Below, one piece after another: positions 47,080 through 57,301 of a DNA stretch of 64,000 nucleotides (its first letter is position 1; each line of letters opens with the position of its first letter). The position numbers and the translations under genes were made by a program. This DNA comes from Candidatus Obscuribacteraceae bacterium (GTDB lineage: Bacteria > Cyanobacteriota > Vampirovibrionia > Obscuribacterales > Obscuribacteraceae). Location: contig JBGAHS010000008.1 in NCBI GenBank assembly GCA_044226015.1, forward strand, positions 256,001-320,000, given 5' to 3'. The notes under the pieces were generated by a model that was not told the DNA's origin, made no database searches, and worked only from the letters and a program-made list of their open reading frames with translations.

Positions 47080-48969
47080 CTAGGGTCGCGGCACAGCCAG
47101 GCGTGCTGCCGCCAATTTTTCAGCAACGAGCATGTGCCAAAAGGAATGCGGATAGTTTTTCATGAATTCAGCAACTACTTCCTCAGCATAGGCAACCAGA
47201 CCAGAACTCTTTAGTTTTGTCGCATACGCCAAACCTTGAAGCAGATGTTTAGCAGCTATTGCTGTTCTCGCCATTTCCGATTGATTTTGCACATTGTGCA
47301 GATACATCGCACAGTGCAAATGCGTGCGAGCGATGAGATAGAACTCAGCATTAGAAGACGTGAGCGCTCGTTCAATTGCTGACTCAAAACATTCGGTCAT
47401 AAGCTGAAAGTCGGAGCGTTCAAGGTGAAGGAATCCTTCTAGCACTAGAATTTCGGCTTCATCCGAATCAAGTCCGTCATAATCTCGTGAGTCGAGTTTG
47501 TGCAACAAGATTTTTGAAAGAGCTATATCGTCTTCTATACCCACTGAGTCTTTGTAGCCCATGAAGCGGTGTTTATAGATTCGTGCGCGTAGCAAGCAGA
47601 ACAGCGTGTAATCGAGATCGCTTGAGTGTTTCGATTGCCTGACCTGTTGAACCAATTCAATGAAACAATCAATGTCCTTCAGCGAGTTTAAATCGTCCAG
47701 GGGAATCTTCTCTACACAGCTCTTCAAGTAGGAAGCAAAATGTGAAACATGAATGTACGGTTCTTCAAATGAACGATAATAGTCATGCTCATCATCGTCA
47801 TGTACATATCGGGGTTGGACAGATAACAACTCTTCTCGAAAGCGTTTCTGCAGTGACACGCTCGGCAAGCAATCAGGAGCAACCGCAGCTTGAGCAGTGT
47901 TTCGCTCGAATTCTGCTTCTAGCTCACTATACTTCTTCAGGAAATATAGCTTGTGAACAGAAAATGGATCAGGAATAGGTTCTCTCTGAAGCAAATTGTC
48001 TAGATGCCGAAAATATCCGAGGGCTAGATCAAGAGAGCATTCATCATTTTCAATCAACGTTCGGACGACCTGCCGATTATATTTCGCATAGAGAACTGAT
48101 GCATCAAGGCACAATTTTTTGTCCTGCAAAAGATCAAATAATCGAGTCGTGACACTCAAATAATCTTCTCTAGTGAGTTGCAAAATGGACTTCAGTTCAT
48201 CTTTCTCTTTTCTTGTCCATTCATTCCATCTGCTTCCGTCCAAGGCTACGACAAGCTCAAAATACCTATCAGCAAGCGAGTCCAACGCCTCGATTTTTTT
48301 GCAGAGCTCTGCTTCCTGAAGGTCGTCATCACAAAACGATTCGGAAAATGCAACTAAGCTTTTGTGAAATCGAAGCACCTCTGCTGATGGACTAATTATT
48401 GAATCGACAAACTGGACTTGCTCGATGACGAAATCAAATGCCAATGAAATCAGTAAACGGCGATATCTGGGCGATGATGAATGTTCAATCGCGAATTCAT
48501 ACGCCCTAAAGACAGAATCAGCACACTTGATACTCTCCGCAAAAGGCAAAACATTCTGAAGGCGCAGCATAGATTTCTGCAGATACTGCAGAGGCAGGTA
48601 CAAGCTCCAGAATCTGAATCGATTCGCCTTACTCGCTTCCTGCATTTCGTTGTCCAGAGCTGACTGAAATAATGCAGCATAACTTACAACTGAACTCGTT
48701 GAGGAATTTTGTGCATCATAGTTCTGCCCGCTTTCGGATAAGAATAATTCTTTTCCCTGGATCATCTTCTGGTGCCAGCCTGAGTTTATTCTTGCCTGTG
48801 AAACTGTGCGAGCATTCTTACCCTTTGCTTTTGTAGAATCAAGTTTCAATGACTTGGACGGTTTAGTCGCGTTAGCATCAGTCCGCGCCGCCTTTGACGG
48901 TGAATCCAATTCCTTGCGCTTAGAAATGGACTTCTGCCTTCCTTCATTACGACTGTTCTTTTTCTTCAT
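47080..48969 (-). CDS. Hypothetical alpha-helical protein with basic N-terminal tail
   Basis: Long ORF of about 630 aa with AAGGA SD and a TPR-like C-terminus. Confidence 0.7.
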   Translation of the reverse strand: MKKKNSRNEGRQKSISKRKELDSPSKAARTDANATKPSKSLKLDSTKAKGKNARTVSQARINSGWHQKMIQGKELFLSESGQNYDAQNSSTSSVVSYAALFQSALDNEMQEASKANRFRFWSLYLPLQYLQKSMLRLQNVLPFAESIKCADSVFRAYEFAIEHSSSPRYRRLLISLAFDFVIEQVQFVDSIISPSAEVLRFHKSLVAFSESFCDDDLQEAELCKKIEALDSLADRYFELVVALDGSRWNEWTRKEKDELKSILQLTREDYLSVTTRLFDLLQDKKLCLDASVLYAKYNRQVVRTLIENDECSLDLALGYFRHLDNLLQREPIPDPFSVHKLYFLKKYSELEAEFERNTAQAAVAPDCLPSVSLQKRFREELLSVQPRYVHDDDEHDYYRSFEEPYIHVSHFASYLKSCVEKIPLDDLNSLKDIDCFIELVQQVRQSKHSSDLDYTLFCLLRARIYKHRFMGYKDSVGIEDDIALSKILLHKLDSRDYDGLDSDEAEILVLEGFLHLERSDFQLMTECFESAIERALTSSNAEFYLIARTHLHCAMYLHNVQNQSEMARTAIAAKHLLQGLAYATKLKSSGLVAYAEEVVAEFMKNYPHSFWHMLVAEKLAAARLAVPRP

Positions 48970-49092
48970 TGTCCTTGCCGAACCTCTCCTCGCTGGTTTA
49001 TTCAGCTGCAATGACCCATTTTGTTCAATGCCGATATCTTAACGCTGACGTCTGAAAAATCATTGAAAATTCGACCAACAACACTACGGAAC

Positions 49093-52000
49093 TCAATTCG
49101 AATTTCGAATTACACCCAAATCATTTTCAGTAATTGTTTCCCCAAGTGCTTTCAGCTCGTCGAGAACGGACGGAGCAGGCTTGCCAAAATCAACATCAAC
49201 AAACAGAATCGCATGCTTGGTTTTGTATTTCGCAACCGTGTTTCGGCTTGGTAAATTTAGAAGCAACCCTACCTGAAGAATAGGGAATCTTTTGTTATCA
49301 ATCTTCTGGCTCAATTTAATGTCTTGATTGTAGACGAGAATGGTTTTGGCTGCGGAAGCATCGCCATAACATTCGAGCGCTATGCTTTCTAAGGTTTCGC
49401 CAGGCTGAATTGGACGATCTTTTATTCTTGTTCTGCGTCCAGTCCGCGTTGACATTCGCTGGCGTTTTTCCCTGACTTCGTCTTCGACAGTCTTATCTCC
49501 AGCCTCAGCTTCGCCGAGCTTTTCCTCCGGCAGATTTGGTATGAAAGCATGAGCACCTTGCTCAAAGGTCCCCTCAGCTTGCTGGACTGTCCTTTCTTCG
49601 GGGTTCTGCGACTTATTTGCTTCGGACTGACCGGGAACGGAATTCGGGTTATTTTTTCTGAGCACTACAGTAGAATCTTGTTGCGGCTCTGGTAAGTTAT
49701 TCTTTTCGCCGGGCACAGCAGGCTTAGTTTCCCGAGATTTGGAGTTCTCCTGCGAGTTTAGCTGAGCCTTCTCGCTCTGAGTATTCAGGGTGACGGTACG
49801 TTCCTGATTGTTCTTGAGATTCGCAGCAAGCGTACGTTCTTGAGAATCACTGGTAGGTGTTTTTTGGGCGGTGTGTGATTCTAAACTGGATGCGAATTTA
49901 GCACTTGCAAGACCTGACAGATCGCTGACTGTGAGCCCCTTTCCCAATTTCACTTTGTCAGCGACTTCAGTTACTGGAAGGTCTTTCGCAGTGACTTTTG
50001 GCTCCGCATTTTTGATTGCTGAATCAGCTCTTGAAGTTCTGGTAACCGCATTGTCATTTGTCTTCAACGACGTAATAAAGTCTTTGGACTGTAAGCGTAC
50101 GATCAGATCCGCAACCAGCGGATTCAGCTCCTTTACGTTAAGCTTGAAATCAGTGCTGCTTCCTTTTCGTCCTTCTGGAGATCTGCCAAGCAAGACAGTT
50201 ATGTCAGCGGGTGAGTTAACAGCTTTCTCGCCTCTTTCTTTGGGCGCTTTATGCAAGTCTTGAAGAAGGGTTCTTGTCTGTTCCGCGCTTGGAACTTTGT
50301 CGATTTTTCGATTTCGATCTGTCAGTAAAGTGAGGATGCGGGCGGCAGTCTGCTCACCATCTTTCAATCGTCCTACCAACAGGTCGAACAGTGTCGAAAT
50401 GGAGCGCTGCGTTTTGGAATCCAGAAGTTTGAAATCAAACGGATTTGATTTACCATCGGTCAACCAGTTCTTCAAACCAGTGAGAGGTTCAGGCTTTATT
50501 CCTTTCAGAACGTCCGCCACTGCGGCATCCTTAGCACCTAAGTGAGGCTCACCCAAGTGAGGCTTGCTGTCCTGAATTTTCTGGATCATTTCAGCAAACT
50601 GTTCTTTCCTTTCCGGATTTTGCGACAGGTTCTGGATTTGTGCTAGAAGCTTGCCTTCAATCTTGTTGGGCGGCAAAAAATCACCGCTTTTTCCTTCGCC
50701 TTTGTCGCCTTTATCGCCTTTTTGCTTTCCTGTGAAATGTTCATCGGCGGCTCCGCGATCGCCACGACTGCCACCACCACCGACACCACCATTGCCACCA
50801 TTTTTCCCAGAATCGCCTGCCTTGCTGCCAGGTGTTTTGCCAATTCCGCTTTCTGCGTTTCCTCCCGCGCCGCCACCGCCACCACCAGCGCCACCACCAC
50901 GGTCTCCGCCTCCGGGCCGCGCGGGGATGAGAATACCGCCAGCTCCGTCTCCTATATGCACGCCGTCAGGCTTCCCACTCTTCGTCTGTTCAATCACATC
51001 GGGCCTATTAGAGTGATTGCCGCTTGAAGTTTGTTCAATTACATCCTTTCGTCCCGTGGACAACTGCGACTTATCGCTTTGTTCCGCGAATTCTTTTTTG
51101 CCTAAATCAGCACCCGAATCCTTAGCTGAAACCCCGTGACAGTCAGGAGTCAATCCACTATGAACTGGTCCATTTGCCAGTCTCAAAGACTCAGCTGTGG
51201 GACCTGGCTGATTTTTCATTAGCTCATTTAGCGATTGCCTGCTCAATCCCCTTTCGGATGCCCCTCCAGCGCTGCTGTCGCTCGCATCTTTTCCGATGGA
51301 TTTATTTTGTAGTCCCTCCACAACACTTGCATGCTCACCAGCCCTTACTGACTGTCGATTCACTACTTGTTCGCTGCTCTTGAAGCGCGCCGCCTCTGCT
51401 GATTGATCGCCTTTTGTAGAAACCTGATGCGCACCATCTGCGCCACCAGCATTAGCCGCTTTTCCGCCGAGTTCGCCGCCTCGATTTGCCGCAGGATACG
51501 TGCGGTCAGCACTCATTCCTGCATTCTTGTCGCTACCAGCCGGCACTTGCTGTTGGGAATCAACCATATTCTTCTGAACGGAGCCAGTCAACGAGGCTGT
51601 CGATGAGTCACTAGTCTTGATGCCTTTGGCACCCGCAGCATCGGGCGGTGCCAGCTTCGCTGCTTGCCCTTCCACGGAACTACGATTTAGCTGATTGCCA
51701 CTATTCGCGTCGGACTGTTTCTGCTGCTGCTGCTGCGGGGCTTGCTCGCTTTTGCTATCCTTGCTCTTTCCTGATTGATCTGCTGCTGGCGCCTGCTGCT
51801 GCTGCGATTCTGCACCATCTCTCTTCTTATCTGTTTGATTTGGTTTGGATCCTTTGATCTCTTCCCAATCACCATTCTTGCCTGGAACTATAGTCTTGTT
51901 TGTGTTCGTTGCTGCGTCGTGAATTGAGTACCCTGTTGTTTTTGTACCATCAGCGTTTGTTACTTGCTTCGCTTTCATAGGAGTTTCTACTGCAGCGTTT

Positions 52001-52161
52001 TTGCTTGAATCCCCTACCGCGCCATTAGCCTCATTCGCCATTTTTTTTCCAGCAGCATCTTGTTGCTTTTCTGGACTACCTTCCGTCTTTCCGTCGGCGG
52101 GTTTTGCAGGGACTAGGCTTTCTTCATCTGACGATCTGGTTTCTACTCGAGGTTTCGTCAT
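49093..52161 (-). CDS. Large low-complexity protein with C-terminal LysM domain
   Basis: IQPGETLESIALECYGD...LQVGLLLNLP. ATG overlaps the upstream TGA. Confidence 0.8.
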   Translation of the reverse strand: MTKPRVETRSSDEESLVPAKPADGKTEGSPEKQQDAAGKKMANEANGAVGDSSKNAAVETPMKAKQVTNADGTKTTGYSIHDAATNTNKTIVPGKNGDWEEIKGSKPNQTDKKRDGAESQQQQAPAADQSGKSKDSKSEQAPQQQQQKQSDANSGNQLNRSSVEGQAAKLAPPDAAGAKGIKTSDSSTASLTGSVQKNMVDSQQQVPAGSDKNAGMSADRTYPAANRGGELGGKAANAGGADGAHQVSTKGDQSAEAARFKSSEQVVNRQSVRAGEHASVVEGLQNKSIGKDASDSSAGGASERGLSRQSLNELMKNQPGPTAESLRLANGPVHSGLTPDCHGVSAKDSGADLGKKEFAEQSDKSQLSTGRKDVIEQTSSGNHSNRPDVIEQTKSGKPDGVHIGDGAGGILIPARPGGGDRGGGAGGGGGGAGGNAESGIGKTPGSKAGDSGKNGGNGGVGGGGSRGDRGAADEHFTGKQKGDKGDKGEGKSGDFLPPNKIEGKLLAQIQNLSQNPERKEQFAEMIQKIQDSKPHLGEPHLGAKDAAVADVLKGIKPEPLTGLKNWLTDGKSNPFDFKLLDSKTQRSISTLFDLLVGRLKDGEQTAARILTLLTDRNRKIDKVPSAEQTRTLLQDLHKAPKERGEKAVNSPADITVLLGRSPEGRKGSSTDFKLNVKELNPLVADLIVRLQSKDFITSLKTNDNAVTRTSRADSAIKNAEPKVTAKDLPVTEVADKVKLGKGLTVSDLSGLASAKFASSLESHTAQKTPTSDSQERTLAANLKNNQERTVTLNTQSEKAQLNSQENSKSRETKPAVPGEKNNLPEPQQDSTVVLRKNNPNSVPGQSEANKSQNPEERTVQQAEGTFEQGAHAFIPNLPEEKLGEAEAGDKTVEDEVREKRQRMSTRTGRRTRIKDRPIQPGETLESIALECYGDASAAKTILVYNQDIKLSQKIDNKRFPILQVGLLLNLPSRNTVAKYKTKHAILFVDVDFGKPAPSVLDELKALGETITENDLGVIRNSN

Positions 52162-52757
52162 CAGTGGGACGCCTCCATTATTGGTGGAAGCTCTTTGATA
52201 CACTGCTCAATTGTTGACAATTCAGAAGGTTGATTGGTTAATGACTTGGCTTTTCCGTACCAGACTCTTGCCTGCGAGTATTTTTTTCTTGTCGCCAGAA
52301 GATTGCCGATCGCAACACATGATTCCACTGAGCAGTCTATTGAATTTGCTTTGAAGTAACATTTTTCAGCTTCATTCAATCGCCCGCTATCTTCATAGCA
52401 GTAGCCTTTTCTTATCCATGCACCATCGAAACTTGGCTCGATCTTCAGTGCTCTTTCTTCAGCCGTTATTGCCTCATCAAATTTTTTGATTTTAGACAAA
52501 TGATACGCAAGGTTATGGTAACGCATGGAATCAAACGGATATATTGCAATTGACTTTTTATCGAGCTTTATTGCACTCTCGTAATCGCCTTTTCTTGCGA
52601 GGGCTTTTGCCTCGTTTCCAATCTTACTAGCCTGACTATAAGCTTCCAAACTACCTTTTCCAGGAAACTTGCCGTTTTTGTCTGCCCATGCCGGAATCAC
52701 AGACCATCCGGCGCAAGCCAAAGCCAGGATACTCAATGCCAGGCAAGTACGCTTCAT
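52161..52757 (-). CDS. Exported TPR protein
   Basis: Signal peptide MKRTCLALSILALACAG...AWA followed by about four TPRs. Confidence 0.85.
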   Translation of the reverse strand: MKRTCLALSILALACAGWSVIPAWADKNGKFPGKGSLEAYSQASKIGNEAKALARKGDYESAIKLDKKSIAIYPFDSMRYHNLAYHLSKIKKFDEAITAEERALKIEPSFDGAWIRKGYCYEDSGRLNEAEKCYFKANSIDCSVESCVAIGNLLATRKKYSQARVWYGKAKSLTNQPSELSTIEQCIKELPPIMEASH

Positions 52758-53063
52758 CCCTAATCTCTCCCTATTATCAGACTTTGTTCCCAAAACCTAG
52801 TCCTACCAATCATTCTTCGATTGTAGAGGAGATTTCCGAAATTTTCCTGAGAATGCCTCATTCTATAGCCTAATGCTCAAATGCCTATTAAGCCGGGATT
52901 TATGTCTGGCAAGAAATATTGGCAGACTCATCCCACAGCAAGTACTACGGCACGCCGGCTCGAGAAAAGGTGGAACCGCATAAGCAAAGGCGAAACACCC
53001 TGGGTTCTTCCTTTGCGCGCTACAGAGGACCCTGCGTCAAACAGGAAATTGCCAATCAAAAAA

Positions 53064-54179
53064 TCATTCGCTATAACATTGCTTTTTCAGAGATTGGATA
53101 AGAGACATGGCGTCAGAGTTGTTGCGCATCAAATAGTCCCTAAAGCATTCTTGTAAAACATCTTTGATTATGTTTTCTAGGTATTCCTTGTCCAACGAGC
53201 GCAGCCTCAAGCCAGATTTTGTTGACAATACAGTGCTAATTCCATTGCTGATTTCACTTTCCGAAATGTCGCTCTCATGCTCGTCGAGTAAATGATTTGC
53301 CCTGGCATATTCGTTCAAAGTTTTCCCTATTACGGCATTTAAATCATGTATTGAGTATTTTTCGGGAACGGGATCATTATTGAAGAAAACCAATGAAAGC
53401 CGTTCTTTTCGGTCTGTCCATTGTATGGCGCATTCAAAGTTCAGGCGCTCTTTCCCACCAGGGATTTCTCGCTCACCTGTCAGGAAAATCGGTACCTCAT
53501 TTAGTCTTGCGTGTTTGTCGTTTAGCCAACTCAGATAATCGGATATGCCAGCACTGAAATGAAACGTTTCTCGCTTGTTGGATTGGACATCTGCTAAGTC
53601 AATCCGAAGAGTATTATTCAAGAAAGCTATCTCGCGCAAGCGACTTGAAAGTTCCTCAAAATCAAATACTGGCTTCTCTTTATCATCACAGACTTCAGCA
53701 AAGATTTCCTTATCCGGCAGTACTGTTACTCGTGTACCATGCTTATCTGTATCACCGATGAATTCGAGTGGAGTTAAGTCTCTTCCTCGTTGATAAGCCT
53801 TTTTGTATAGTTTGCCGTTCCAGTAGCTTTCTACTTCAAGCCTTTCGCTCAAGGCATTGACCACAGCAGCGCCGAATCCCGTAGGACAGCCCAGAGTTGT
53901 GAATACAATTTCGACACCAGAAAGTCCAGTTTTTTCCGAGACGCTTGATGTGATACCGAGCCCATCATCTTCCACTGAGATAGTGCCATCGCCGTTCAAT
54001 GTAACAGCAATGCGATGGCAGTCTCCAGCATTGTATTCGTCGAGGCAGTTGTATACGAGTTCCCACACCAATTGGTGCAGACCTCTTGAATCCGTGCTGC
54101 CGACCCAAAGCTTTGGGCGCACACGCACAGCATCGAGCCCTTCAAGCACTTGTATTTCGGAGTCGCTATAGTCGCTCAA
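53064..54179 (-). CDS. Stand-alone GyrB/ParE N-terminal (GHKL plus transducer)-like protein lacking TOPRIM
   Basis: IQVLEGLDAVRVRP, VEDDGLGI, VVNALS, GTRV and RLREIAFLN. Ends at 371 aa. Confidence 0.88.
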   Translation of the reverse strand: MSDYSDSEIQVLEGLDAVRVRPKLWVGSTDSRGLHQLVWELVYNCLDEYNAGDCHRIAVTLNGDGTISVEDDGLGITSSVSEKTGLSGVEIVFTTLGCPTGFGAAVVNALSERLEVESYWNGKLYKKAYQRGRDLTPLEFIGDTDKHGTRVTVLPDKEIFAEVCDDKEKPVFDFEELSSRLREIAFLNNTLRIDLADVQSNKRETFHFSAGISDYLSWLNDKHARLNEVPIFLTGEREIPGGKERLNFECAIQWTDRKERLSLVFFNNDPVPEKYSIHDLNAVIGKTLNEYARANHLLDEHESDISESEISNGISTVLSTKSGLRLRSLDKEYLENIIKDVLQECFRDYLMRNNSDAMSLIQSLKKQCYSE

Positions 54180-54230
54180 GTTTGGCTACCTGAATACTAA
54201 TCCTTCTATTTTACAGCGCTGTCAATTTCC

Positions 54231-55343
54231 CTACCTGCAGAGTGGGCATTTTGTATTCCTGGTGGTGCGGACCCAGATCATTGATTCCCAAATGTGTGAT
54301 TTGCGAACCTGGCATTGCCACCAAACCTTTCTGCTAGAACCTGCCGTGACCTGAGCAGGCGAGAGCGCGCCGTTCTTGAGTGGATGCCATTGCTTGGAAA
54401 TTTCCGGAAACAGAACAGCAAGCGAATTCGTTGCACATGCTTTCTTGCCGGTGCAATAAGGGCAACCTTGTTTTCTGCTTGTCCTGCACTTAGGCATTGT
54501 TTGCCATTCGTGTGAAGAATCGCGACTGCAACGCCACCAAACCATTTTCCTTGAACCAGCAGTTAAATCCCTTGGTGTTAGGCTCCCATTTTTGTCTGGA
54601 TGCCATTCCTTTGCAAGTTTCGGAAACAAAGTTGCCAGTGAATTGTCCGAACAAACCTTCTTACCCGCACAGTACGGACAGTTGACACCCTTAACTCTGT
54701 GACAAGGCGCTTGCTTCCAAGTGTGACCTTGCTTGCACAACCAATAAACGGAAATGTTTGAGTGAGCTGTTATCTGCGATGGTTTCAGACTTCCGTTCTT
54801 TTTAGGATGCCACTGTTTTGCGAGTTCCGGAAAGAGAGCTCTCAGGCTATTTGTTTTTGACACACTCAAGCCATGGCAGAAAGGACAGCCTGCCGCGTCT
54901 GATTCGCTTCCAGTTCTTTTCGCAATAGGAGATTGCCAAACGTGATCACTACCATTCGGACATTTCCACCAGCCTAGCTCCATTGAGGCCCAGGTAAAAT
55001 CCGAGGCTTTCCTTTTACCATTTTTCGTGGGATGCCATTGCTTTGCCAAATCCGGAAAAAGAAGAGCAAAAGAATTATCTTCACAGACAAGACGACTAGA
55101 ACAATAAGAACACGTAGAAGTCTTGGTTCCTCGGCAGTGAATGGCAGCTTTATAAACGCGCTTACAACTCGGGCAATTCCACCATGCCTTCACACCGGAG
55201 GCGTAAGTAAAATCGCCCGGACCCCAGCCACAGTTTTTTTCATAGCACCATTCAAGAGCCAATTCGGGAAACATTGTGGCGAACGAAACAGAGTTCCGCC
55301 GAAAAGCAGGTTCGTCAACCTCTTCAATATCCTTGTAAGCCAT
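54231..55343 (-). CDS. Zinc-ribbon repeat protein (DUF4379-like), five repeats
   Basis: Repeated NS(L/F)A.LFP.LAK.WHP.KNG...WW.C...H.W...CP.C. Confidence 0.9.
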   Translation of the reverse strand: MAYKDIEEVDEPAFRRNSVSFATMFPELALEWCYEKNCGWGPGDFTYASGVKAWWNCPSCKRVYKAAIHCRGTKTSTCSYCSSRLVCEDNSFALLFPDLAKQWHPTKNGKRKASDFTWASMELGWWKCPNGSDHVWQSPIAKRTGSESDAAGCPFCHGLSVSKTNSLRALFPELAKQWHPKKNGSLKPSQITAHSNISVYWLCKQGHTWKQAPCHRVKGVNCPYCAGKKVCSDNSLATLFPKLAKEWHPDKNGSLTPRDLTAGSRKMVWWRCSRDSSHEWQTMPKCRTSRKQGCPYCTGKKACATNSLAVLFPEISKQWHPLKNGALSPAQVTAGSSRKVWWQCQVRKSHIWESMIWVRTTRNTKCPLCR

Positions 55344-55480
55344 GACCGTTTCCTTCAAGGCAGGCTAGTCTCTTATATTAACAAACAACACCCAAATTGC
55401 CTAAACATCGCGCGCTAGAAGGAAACATCAAACTAGAGACGACTCAGTTATGAGCTGTAAAGCTTGCCTGAGACGGGCAT

Positions 55481-55522
55481 TTGCCATTTTGTTAGAAATA
55501 ATGCTACAATATTCTAACAAAA
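55481..55522 (+). promoter_or_regulatory. abiE promoter with overlapping inverted-repeat operator
   Basis: TTGCCA-18bp-TACAAT. Inverted repeat TTTTGTTAGAA (55487-55497) / TTCTAACAAAA (55512-55522). Confidence 0.7.
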
Positions 55523-55535
55523 CTGGAAAACAGCC

Positions 55536-56144
55536 ATGACTACAGCAAAAGCAGTAAAACGAGCAATTGAGAACAAGCCGGAGGGAGTAGCCTTCACTTC
55601 CAAGGATTTCTTGTCCTTAGGTCCAAGAGCCGCAGTGGATCAAGCGCTTTACAGGATGGCTAAAGAAGGCGAATTGCTGCGTGTGGCGCGTGGCATTTAT
55701 GCTCGTCCAAAATGGAACAAGTACGTGAATGCTCCAGTAATGCCAGAGCCTTATGAAATCGCAGAGCTAGTTGCAAGAACTCGGGGGGCGAAGCTCGGTC
55801 CGAGCGGAGCGGAAGCTGCCCACCGGCTGGGACTAACCACGCAAATGCCTACTCAACCTGTATACGCAACCACCGGACGAGCGGGAGTAATAAAGATCGG
55901 CCGCAACATGATTCACCTGCGTCACGTGACTCCACAAAAAATGCAGCATGCAGGTACGCCTGTCGGCTTGGCTATTGCAGCGTTGAGATATCTTGGGAAG
56001 GAGCAAGTTGACATCAACGTCATAAGGGCGTTGAAACGTGCTCTCACAGAGCAGGATTTTCAAATACTGCGACAAGCAACGACAGCATTGCCCGGCTGGG
56101 CATTGGACAAGTTCTACGAATACGAGGCAAGGGGTGAGCGCTGA
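55536..56144 (+). CDS. abiEi: Type IV TA antitoxin, AbiEi/DUF6088 family
   Basis: AAVDQALYRM...LLRVARGIYARP and AAHRLGLTTQMP. Confidence 0.9.
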   Translation: MTTAKAVKRAIENKPEGVAFTSKDFLSLGPRAAVDQALYRMAKEGELLRVARGIYARPKWNKYVNAPVMPEPYEIAELVARTRGAKLGPSGAEAAHRLGLTTQMPTQPVYATTGRAGVIKIGRNMIHLRHVTPQKMQHAGTPVGLAIAALRYLGKEQVDINVIRALKRALTEQDFQILRQATTALPGWALDKFYEYEARGER

Positions 56145-57106
56145 GTTTCTAAAATTACCTGTCTCGGAAAGAAAGGACATAATAAATGCAGCAGCGCCAA
56201 AACTGGCGATGCTACCGGAGATTATTGAAAAGGATGCCTGGGTCTGTTGGACCCTCGCCGTTCTTTTCTCAATTCCTGGTCGCCGCCAGATGGTGTTCAA
56301 AGGTGGTACGTCGTTATCGAAAGTCTATGGGCTGATCAACCGCTTTTCAGAAGACATAGATATCTCCGTAAATTTCATAGAGGATTACGGCGGAAAGGAC
56401 ATCTCAAAAACAAAAGCACATAAGTTAAGGGACGATTTAGAGGCAAAACTCAAAGAATACAAAGAGAGCGCTCAAGGATCGGGCATCGGCAGAGGATCTA
56501 GATTTGACCATCGAGCCCGGTGAGACAGATTGGGAAATTCATGTGAATTACAAGTCGGTGCTTGCCACCGCAGCTGGTTACATAAAACCGCGGGTAAAAA
56601 TCGAGCTAAGCAGTCGCAATGAGACGGAGCCAAGCCAGCAAACGAAGCTTCTTCCATACTTGGCCCAGCAAACAACCGGTTTGATTTATCCCGAACCGCT
56701 AGTTGACGCATTGGTAGCCGAAAGGACCTTTTGGGAAAAGGTCACATTAATACATGCTGAATTGAGTGCTGGCAGATTGGAGGAAACTGCAGATAGAATG
56801 TCCCGGCACTGGTCAGACATAATTGTGCTATCAAAAGTGGAAGCCGGCGAACGAGCTTTAAATGATGCTGAGCTGTGTATGCGAGTCGTAAATCACAAGG
56901 ACAAGTTTTGGCGTGACGGAAAAGCAAACTATGACGCTTGCCGAAATAAGCAGTTCTTACTTGTTCCAGCCGGCAAAGCTCTTCAGGTACTAGAGGCAGA
57001 TTACAAAGCCATGATAGATGCTGGCATGTTTTTCGGCGAATCTCCGCAAAATTTCGATGATATGTTGAAGGATTTGACGGTACTTCAAGTCCGGATCAAT
57101 TCTTAG
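56134..57106 (+). pseudogene. abiEii: AbiEii nucleotidyltransferase toxin, frameshifted near 56460-56470
   Basis: The N-half (IEKDAWV, FKGGTSLSKVY, RFSEDID) stops at 56523. The C-half (ERTFWEKV, RMSRHWSD) is in another frame. Confidence 0.88.
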
Positions 57107-57120
57107 AGTAAATCAACACT

Positions 57121-57301
57121 CTAGTGGTCGCTCTTTTTGTAGTAGTTTAGCGCGCAGCGTAATTCTTCCATGACGCGCTCACGAAGCTCAATTGGCTCAA
57201 GAACTTCTGCGCCGGCGCCGAAGGGGAGCACCCAGCGCTTCACCTCATCAAAGTTTTGCGTCTTGAATTCAAGAATGCAAGAACCATCGGAATTCACATT
57301 C
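57121..57301 (-). pseudogene. C-terminal WCX remnant of a WYL-domain regulator
   Basis: DEVKRWVLPFGAGAEVLEPIELRERV. The upstream part is replaced by the paralog cassette. Confidence 0.75.

Noticed and set aside
53064..54179. Functional gyrB or parE
   Set aside because: No TOPRIM or C-terminal half, ATP lid deleted, and no continuation in other frames.
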